Positions 58,802 to 64,000 of a stretch of DNA of 64,000 nt are shown piece after piece. The notes beneath the pieces are model-generated. The model worked only from the letters and a program-made list of their open reading frames with translations, was not told where the DNA came from and ran no database searches. The DNA comes from a virus: positions 71,472 to 135,471 of IMG/VR virus record IMGVR_UViG_3300036770_005754. The stretch is one strand, 5' to 3'. Position numbers and translations under genes: made by a program. Each line of letters starts with the position of its first letter. The stretch's first letter is position 1.

Positions 58802-60542
58802 GTAGCTTTGCATTTCCGCTGCTAAAATCTCCAGATCCATCAACAGATGAACTAGACGACATCCTCAAGCTTACCGCCGAATTCGTTGTTGTTTTCCCGC
58901 CGAGAACAAACAAAGAAAACTGGCATGAACCAGTCGCTCCACTAAACGCACCAGATGAATGTGCGAATTGTGAAGGTCTGTTTGAAAGAGACCGAAATCC
59001 GGTGGATAATGCACAGTTTCCTGAGGCTTGGCTTGAATTCAAGCTTACAGACGCTCTTCCACTAGGTTGGTTGCCTTCCCCAATGCATCCAGCGCTTTGT
59101 CCAGTAACAGAGTTGTTTACACCATTTAAACAACCGCCGTTTAAACCTGTAACTTGATTATTTTGTCCGCCGCCAATAAATGACTGAGTACCGCTGGCGA
59201 CAGAACTACCGCTACTACGAACCGTTTGCAAATCAACTGCATTCGCACCTCTAGCGTTTCCACCAACCGCAGTCCCATCTGGTGGTGGACCTAGTATAAA
59301 CGCCCCAGTTCCTTTAGGGGTGAGCACTAGATTCATATTAGCCGCACCAGTTCCAGCACTTTCCGCTGCTATCTGAGCGTATCTAGTTGAGGAATAAGTG
59401 CCGAACTGGAGAGCTAATCGTTCGTAGTTTGAAGTGTCAGTGAAGGAGTTGTAAACTCGAAAGGTTTGAGTGTTAATTGAATTGATCTGCTCAACAACGT
59501 TAGTAGGATTAAAAATCGGTCCACGTAAATCTAACCCGGCGCTATGTGTCCTGACTAACACGTAAAACGCAGCGACACCGGGTGTAAGCGCTAATGTCTC
59601 AGCACCATTACTAGAAAATCTGATATGCCCGTCGAACCCTTGACTATTTAATCCTGTGTTCGTATCTGTGCCGAAGCACAGTCCAGGTGTCACAATAGAC
59701 CCATTAGGTACAGATACCTGACTACTGAATGTCTTTGTCCCCGCAATCGTCTGCGATCCAGTAGTAATCAACCCCCTCGCAGTAGCACTCGCATCTGGTA
59801 TATTAAAAGTATGAGTAGTACCATTACTAACAATATTAAAATCAGTCCCAGTAGTACCAGTCGCAAACGTTTGAGCAGAACCCGTCAAACCATTAAGAGA
59901 ACCAAGAGCCCCAATACTAGAAGGAGTAATGGTGGCATTCGCGGCAGCAGTCAAACGCCCCTGAGCATCAACAGTAAACGTAGCAACCTGGCTAGAAGAC
60001 CCATAAGAATTAGCGACAACAGTCGTATCAGCAAGATTAAACGTTCGATTAGAACCCAAGTCACCGCCGCCACTCAAACCTGTCCCAGCAGACACAGTCC
60101 TGGTTTGAGGAGTGTACGTGGTCGATAAAAAAGTAGTCAAATCAGTCTGATTACTGATAGACCCAGAAATCGACCCCCAAGCAGCAGTAGTATCGGTGAT
60201 CTCGACGTATACAGAACCACTCCAACGATAAGTCCTCCCAGAATCTATAGCAACATAAATCTTACCAGGTTCACCAATAGGCGGAAAAGCAGCAAGATTA
60301 GAATATTCCAAAACATCATCAACATACGACGGCAACTGATCCGCCGGAATGAGACCACCAACCAAATCGGCCTTCAAAGACAAAGCACCATCAATATACG
60401 TGGAATCATATACACTAAGTAAAGACCTCACCTCCGAAGGAGTGAGAATCTTAGCATTAGACTTAACCTCTGTATTATTGCCAAGGAGTGTATTGGCAGC
60501 TAAATCTAAAACAGCAGAATATGGGAAAGCAGTTAAACCCAT
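58503..60542 (-). CDS. Tail fibre protein, paralog C
   Basis: QLPSYVDDVLEY...FP..GE.GKIYVA.D....YRWSGS.YVEI, AGTGLSGGGDL and TVDAQGRLTAA phage fibre motifs. Confidence 0.82.
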   Translation of the reverse strand: MGLTAFPYSAVLDLAANTLLGNNTEVKSNAKILTPSEVRSLLSVYDSTYIDGALSLKADLVGGLIPADQLPSYVDDVLEYSNLAAFPPIGEPGKIYVAIDSGRTYRWSGSVYVEITDTTAAWGSISGSISNQTDLTTFLSTTYTPQTRTVSAGTGLSGGGDLGSNRTFNLADTTVVANSYGSSSQVATFTVDAQGRLTAAANATITPSSIGALGSLNGLTGSAQTFATGTTGTDFNIVSNGTTHTFNIPDASATARGLITTGSQTIAGTKTFSSQVSVPNGSIVTPGLCFGTDTNTGLNSQGFDGHIRFSSNGAETLALTPGVAAFYVLVRTHSAGLDLRGPIFNPTNVVEQINSINTQTFRVYNSFTDTSNYERLALQFGTYSSTRYAQIAAESAGTGAANMNLVLTPKGTGAFILGPPPDGTAVGGNARGANAVDLQTVRSSGSSVASGTQSFIGGGQNNQVTGLNGGCLNGVNNSVTGQSAGCIGEGNQPSGRASVSLNSSQASGNCALSTGFRSLSNRPSQFAHSSGAFSGATGSCQFSLFVLGGKTTTNSAVSLRMSSSSSVDGSGDFSSGNAKLLTIPSGKVLSADVLIKGIKSDGSIGARFRRTVDIKNVGGTTSLETTPETIGTDYNPLRCALSIIADDTNDTLEISVTGVLNETWRWIAIVSGAEIAYGV

Positions 60543-60592
60543 TTATATCTCCAGCCACGAGTTAACATATATTTGAACGGCTGGCGAAATAT
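60543..60592 (-). promoter_or_regulatory. RBS-occluding hairpin enclosing candidate late promoter CAAATATA
   Basis: Arms CCAGCC (60551-60556) and GGCTGG (60579-60584), extendable over the SD GGAG; motif at 60568-60575. Confidence 0.5.
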
Positions 60593-60596
60593 ATAC

Positions 60597-60624
60597 AAAA
60601 ATGGCCCAGCTTACACTGGGCCAT
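60597..60624 (-). terminator. Intrinsic terminator
   Basis: ATGGCCCAG/CTGGGCCAT stem followed by a U-run on the minus strand. Confidence 0.75.
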
Positions 60625-60643
60625 AAAACATCAGCAACCAAAA

Positions 60644-61048
60644 CTAGACCATCACATCAGCAGTCAAATCACGGGCATCCTGATGCAAGTCTCTCGACAG
60701 GCCAGCAACAGTGTTCTCCAGAAACTTGTCATGACCAATCTGGAACGCAAAATCAACATCAGTCAGATTAGTCTGAGCATTAGAGAAGGATACCTGATCC
60801 TTCAAGCCAACTACAATCGGGAAGCCACGGCCAGCATTATGGCGAGCTTCACCCATGTAAGTGCTGAAATCAGAGACAGATGTGTCTCTGGACTTAACCT
60901 CAACAAGAATCTCATGAGCAGGAACGCTCATTACAAGCGGACGGAGGCGCTTAATCAAAGCAGCCACGGATTCGTGACGGTGCATATCACGATAAGAACG
61001 AATAGTACGATGCACTCGAATGTCGGTATTCGCAGGTTGTGCTGACAT
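60644..61048 (-). CDS. Hypothetical protein
   Basis: Start moved to MSAQPAN (SD AGGAG); followed by a terminator. Confidence 0.7.
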   Translation of the reverse strand: MSAQPANTDIRVHRTIRSYRDMHRHESVAALIKRLRPLVMSVPAHEILVEVKSRDTSVSDFSTYMGEARHNAGRGFPIVVGLKDQVSFSNAQTNLTDVDFAFQIGHDKFLENTVAGLSRDLHQDARDLTADVMV

Positions 61049-61137
61049 TTTGAAACTCCTGAACATTGTTACTAACTGCCAAACTATATTATTTTTGACA
61101 GAAGCTTCAAAATGTGTTAAGTACACCAACCCAAAAA

Positions 61138-61254
61138 TGGTGGCCGGTTGCTAGGATTTGCACCCGCGACCTACGATCCGTTAGATCGTCGCTCTAGACT
61201 ACCCTCTAGGACTAATAGTCCTAGATTGGCTCCATTCGGCTGAGCTAAACCGGA
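61138..61254 (-). tRNA. Atypical tRNA-like element (anticodon AAC in the 7-nt-loop register) with ~40-nt D-loop insertion
   Basis: CCGGTT/AACCGG acceptor, TA-GCTC...GAGC D-stem, ACGAT-CTAACGG-ATCGT anticodon arm, AGGTC variable loop, GCGGG-TGCAAAT-CCTAGC T-arm and 3' CCACCA. Confidence 0.65.
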
Positions 61255-61288
61255 TGAGAACTCATTGAAGGATTCTCATTCTTCCACC

Positions 61289-61645
61289 TTACACATTTGG
61301 AATGATCTTAACACTGGCTACAGAAGGAGACACCACCTTCTTTTCCTCAGAAATCACTCCCTTCTCCATCAACTTTTTCTTCAGCTCACCAGACTTTGAT
61401 AAAACATCCTCATTAATCTTCAACACCAGCTTAGAGCTACCTTTAGAAGGTGAGCTAATAGTAATCTCACCGACACCCTTCACCACAATCGACTTCTTAG
61501 CACCAGCAGCATATTCTCGAAGCTTACCCTTCAAAACATTCAATCTTTCCTCGGCCTTGTTGTAATCGCTAAATACTTCAAACGCCTCTTTAGCGACTTC
61601 CATCACTTCAGATTCCACCTCAGATTCAATCATCGCAATACCCAT
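61289..61645 (-). CDS. Hypothetical protein
   Basis: 118 aa; start uncertain. Confidence 0.65.
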   Translation of the reverse strand: MGIAMIESEVESEVMEVAKEAFEVFSDYNKAEERLNVLKGKLREYAAGAKKSIVVKGVGEITISSPSKGSSKLVLKINEDVLSKSGELKKKLMEKGVISEEKKVVSPSVASVKIIPNV

Positions 61646-61957
61646 ATGAAAGAAATAAAAATCACAAAAAGAGTTACAACACCATTTCTAGAAGCAATAC
61701 CGCCACAAATAGAACACTTCGATGCATATATTTACGCAGTGGTGAAAAGAAAAGAAGGGCTAAACATACCAGAAGACAAATACGGAATAGACGTGAGAAT
61801 AGATCCAGCAACACTAAACTGGAAACAAAAAACAATCACAATCACAATACCACTAAACATCAACACAGGGATAAAAACAATAAACGACCTAGAAGAAACA
61901 TGGTTCGAATCGCTAGAAGCAGCATTCATTATGATGATGCACAACGCATTACCATAA
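61646..61957 (+). CDS. Hypothetical protein
   Basis: 103 aa, fills the gap exactly; extreme A/C codon bias. Confidence 0.6.
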   Translation: MKEIKITKRVTTPFLEAIPPQIEHFDAYIYAVVKRKEGLNIPEDKYGIDVRIDPATLNWKQKTITITIPLNINTGIKTINDLEETWFESLEAAFIMMMHNALP

Positions 61958-61958
61958 G

Positions 61959-62774
61959 CTAAATCCTATTCGCCCTAGTAATAGTATGATAATATCTAAC
62001 AGGCCTAGGACCATATAAACTATGATCACCAGGACCGTAAACACCAGACGACTGATAATGCAAAAAAGCAGTAGTCAAAATCGGCTTGCCCCTATAGGCC
62101 AAGTATAAAGCAATCAGCCTCTCAAAAACATGCGGAGTCCAAAAACCAATATCAGTCAACCGCAGCTTACTAATAATATTATATAACCTATTACCAAGAT
62201 AATCAAAAGTAGCACGAGAACACGCGAATTGATGCGAATAAATCATATTAGGCTGAGTATCCATAGCCCACTCATAAATCTCACCATCATACTTCTTGAT
62301 AATATCCCAGACAAAAATCTCATTATCAAAACAATGAATCATATACGGATCATACTTAGGTATCAAATGAGCATCAGTAGGTACAAACCAATCTTCCCAT
62401 AAACCACCATAGGCAACAGGAATAGTCAAAGCGATAGAAGAATGAGGATCGGCGTCCAAAGAATCATTCAACCTCCTCCAAGTCTCACCGGCCTTGAAAT
62501 GCAAATCAATATCGGAATGCATAATAGCCACATGATTGTCGCCAATTAGCTCATTAGCATGCTCCCAAATGGTCAAAATAACCGAGGATTCAAATAACGC
62601 AGAATTCCAGGAAGCATAAGTCGGATAAAAATCACCAGCCTCAGACAAATCAGAACTTTTATTCTTAGTCACACCACATGAAATCCTCCTGCTATCAACG
62701 AGCTTAGAATTGAAAGCCCTCTTAGGCAACAAATCAGCAGATTGCGGATGTAGCAAAACAAAAGATTTAATCAT
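61959..62774 (-). CDS. Hypothetical protein, possibly glycosyltransferase-related
   Basis: H.D motif and late FERL...YL pattern; adjacent to a GT2-like gene. Confidence 0.45.
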   Translation of the reverse strand: MIKSFVLLHPQSADLLPKRAFNSKLVDSRRISCGVTKNKSSDLSEAGDFYPTYASWNSALFESSVILTIWEHANELIGDNHVAIMHSDIDLHFKAGETWRRLNDSLDADPHSSIALTIPVAYGGLWEDWFVPTDAHLIPKYDPYMIHCFDNEIFVWDIIKKYDGEIYEWAMDTQPNMIYSHQFACSRATFDYLGNRLYNIISKLRLTDIGFWTPHVFERLIALYLAYRGKPILTTAFLHYQSSGVYGPGDHSLYGPRPVRYYHTITRANRI

Positions 62775-62792
62775 TTCAAACCAATCGAAAAG

Positions 62793-63644
62793 TCAGAAAC
62801 CATGAATCAGCTGTAAGCCCTGCTCCCTATCAGTCCTCAGAGCGACCTTGCTCACACCTGTAGCCCTCAAATTCACTTCCAAACCATCATTAGCTTCAAG
62901 ACTAGTCGGAATATAACTAGTCAACTCCTTATCAGACCAATGCATATGTGTCCCGAGCATCTCAGGAAACCGCAACCGCCATTTATTATGAAGATATCTC
63001 AAATATGGCCAGTATTTACCAGACATACTGGCAGAATACTTCCCATAATGGACAATAGGCAAATGAGCACAATAAACCTTATAAGCAGCAGCACGAGCCT
63101 GTAAACACATATCGACACCATAAAAATGGAAACCATGAAACATAGAATCAAACCTTAAACCGGTCCTTTTGTTGACAGCTATCAAGCACTCGTCAGCACA
63201 ATGAACAGTCGTTATATCCTTAATACCATCCCAATAAGGCGGCTTACCAATATTCTCATCACTATCCCAAACAGACCCAACAGCAACAGTATCAACATCA
63301 AGAGAACCGCCCCACCGACCTATGTCTTTCCTACCATACTTCAGTGAAATACCAGCAGTACCAATGATACCCCACTCATCAGGAATAACACTAATAATAT
63401 CGCTCAATATATAGAACCAATCAAACAACAATCTAACATCCTGATGAGCAAATATTACTACATCTGATCTGGCTACATCCATACCAATATTCAAAGCATT
63501 GCTGGCAGAATATCTGTTGCCATTGTTGATAATGGGTATAATCTCAATATCATGCCCACTGCGGCAAGCATTCATAGAACTGAGAAGACATTTCTCAAAC
63601 ACGTCAGGCCTGGAAACACAGCAAACAATCGAAAAATCAGGCAT
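62793..63644 (-). CDS. Glycosyltransferase family 2-like protein
   Basis: FSIVCC, SA..ALN.G, IFAHQDV, G..G.AG, DEC and FD..F.GFHFYGVD.CLQ. Confidence 0.85.
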   Translation of the reverse strand: MPDFSIVCCVSRPDVFEKCLLSSMNACRSGHDIEIIPIINNGNRYSASNALNIGMDVARSDVVIFAHQDVRLLFDWFYILSDIISVIPDEWGIIGTAGISLKYGRKDIGRWGGSLDVDTVAVGSVWDSDENIGKPPYWDGIKDITTVHCADECLIAVNKRTGLRFDSMFHGFHFYGVDMCLQARAAAYKVYCAHLPIVHYGKYSASMSGKYWPYLRYLHNKWRLRFPEMLGTHMHWSDKELTSYIPTSLEANDGLEVNLRATGVSKVALRTDREQGLQLIHGF

Positions 63645-63674
63645 CTGGCAAAACTACCATAAAGGAGAAATCAA

Positions 63675-63905
63675 ATGGCATCGAACATAACAACGATCAC
63701 CAACGTCTCACGCCAACTTGTCCCGATACTCATCAACAGCATCGACGCGACTAGCTCACAAGTCGGGTCAGACTTGATTGCCGCTAAATCAGAACAGACA
63801 TTCATACAACCAGGTGCCGAAATCAACGTCGAATCGAACCGTGTCGACCTAGCACAATTAGAACAAATGCGAAGAAACGGTCTGATAAGATTCGTGTCCC
63901 GGTAG
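63675..63905 (+). CDS. Small hypothetical protein (paralog of 43134-43388)
   Basis: SD AAGGAG; shared N.SRQL, IQPG and QLE motifs. Confidence 0.75.
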   Translation: MASNITTITNVSRQLVPILINSIDATSSQVGSDLIAAKSEQTFIQPGAEINVESNRVDLAQLEQMRRNGLIRFVSR

Positions 63906-63912
63906 TATCTAC

Positions 63913-64000
63913 ATGCTGTTTGTGGAAAATGAAATAACACCAATATTAATGGTGTCATACCATAGGCCAAACGACTTTAAAATATCCCTAAAATCAGTAC
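63913..64000 (+). CDS. Probable GT2 glycosyltransferase, N-terminus only (runs off the window)
   Basis: Manual translation MLFVENEITPILMVSYHRPNDFKISLKSV matches the GT2 first-strand pattern PI....Y.RP......L.S. Confidence 0.5.
   Translation, partial: MLFVENEITPILMVSYHRPNDFKISLKSV

Noticed and set aside
210-60576. Numerous + strand ORFs in the track (e.g. 2527-3204, 25579-26094, 50680-51171, 57120-57689)
   Set aside because: They are antisense shadows of well-supported minus-strand genes, often produced by low-complexity repeats.
1-64000. Stop-codon reassignment (alternative genetic code)
   Set aside because: Conserved genes are full length under the standard code, and TAA, TAG and TGA all terminate tightly packed genes.

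Overview
The window is 64 kb of a large T4-like (myovirus) dsDNA phage genome, almost entirely the virion morphogenesis region on the minus strand. The head module holds a partial major capsid gene, scaffold, prohead protease, a giant acidic core protein, portal and large terminase. These are followed by a probable gp55-like late sigma factor, a UvsW-like helicase and a class II ribonucleotide reductase. The tail module holds baseplate, tape measure, three tube paralogs, sheath, neck genes and a mosaic tail-fibre/lectin block. A primase-like gene lies among the tail genes, and glycosyltransferase-like genes lie at the right end. The most unusual observations are as follows. (1) Three translationally coupled paralogs (31652-35377) carry a conserved N-terminal domain, a capsid-targeting-like leader and C-terminal 26-aa repeats that vary at fixed positions. 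(2) A 177-bp insert flanked by a 6-bp direct repeat interrupts the last repeat of the middle paralog; it folds strongly on the sense strand and carries a near-copy of its own target repeat. (3) A CCA-ending tRNA-like element has a palindromic insert in its D-loop. (4) A stand-alone PAS gene overlaps a membrane-anchored gene. (5) A candidate late promoter, CAAANWTA, sits inside RBS-occluding hairpins at two genes. (6) There is a likely +1/-2 frameshift between the gp26-like and gp51-like genes. All calls come from reading motifs and synteny by eye; no database search or folding program was run.
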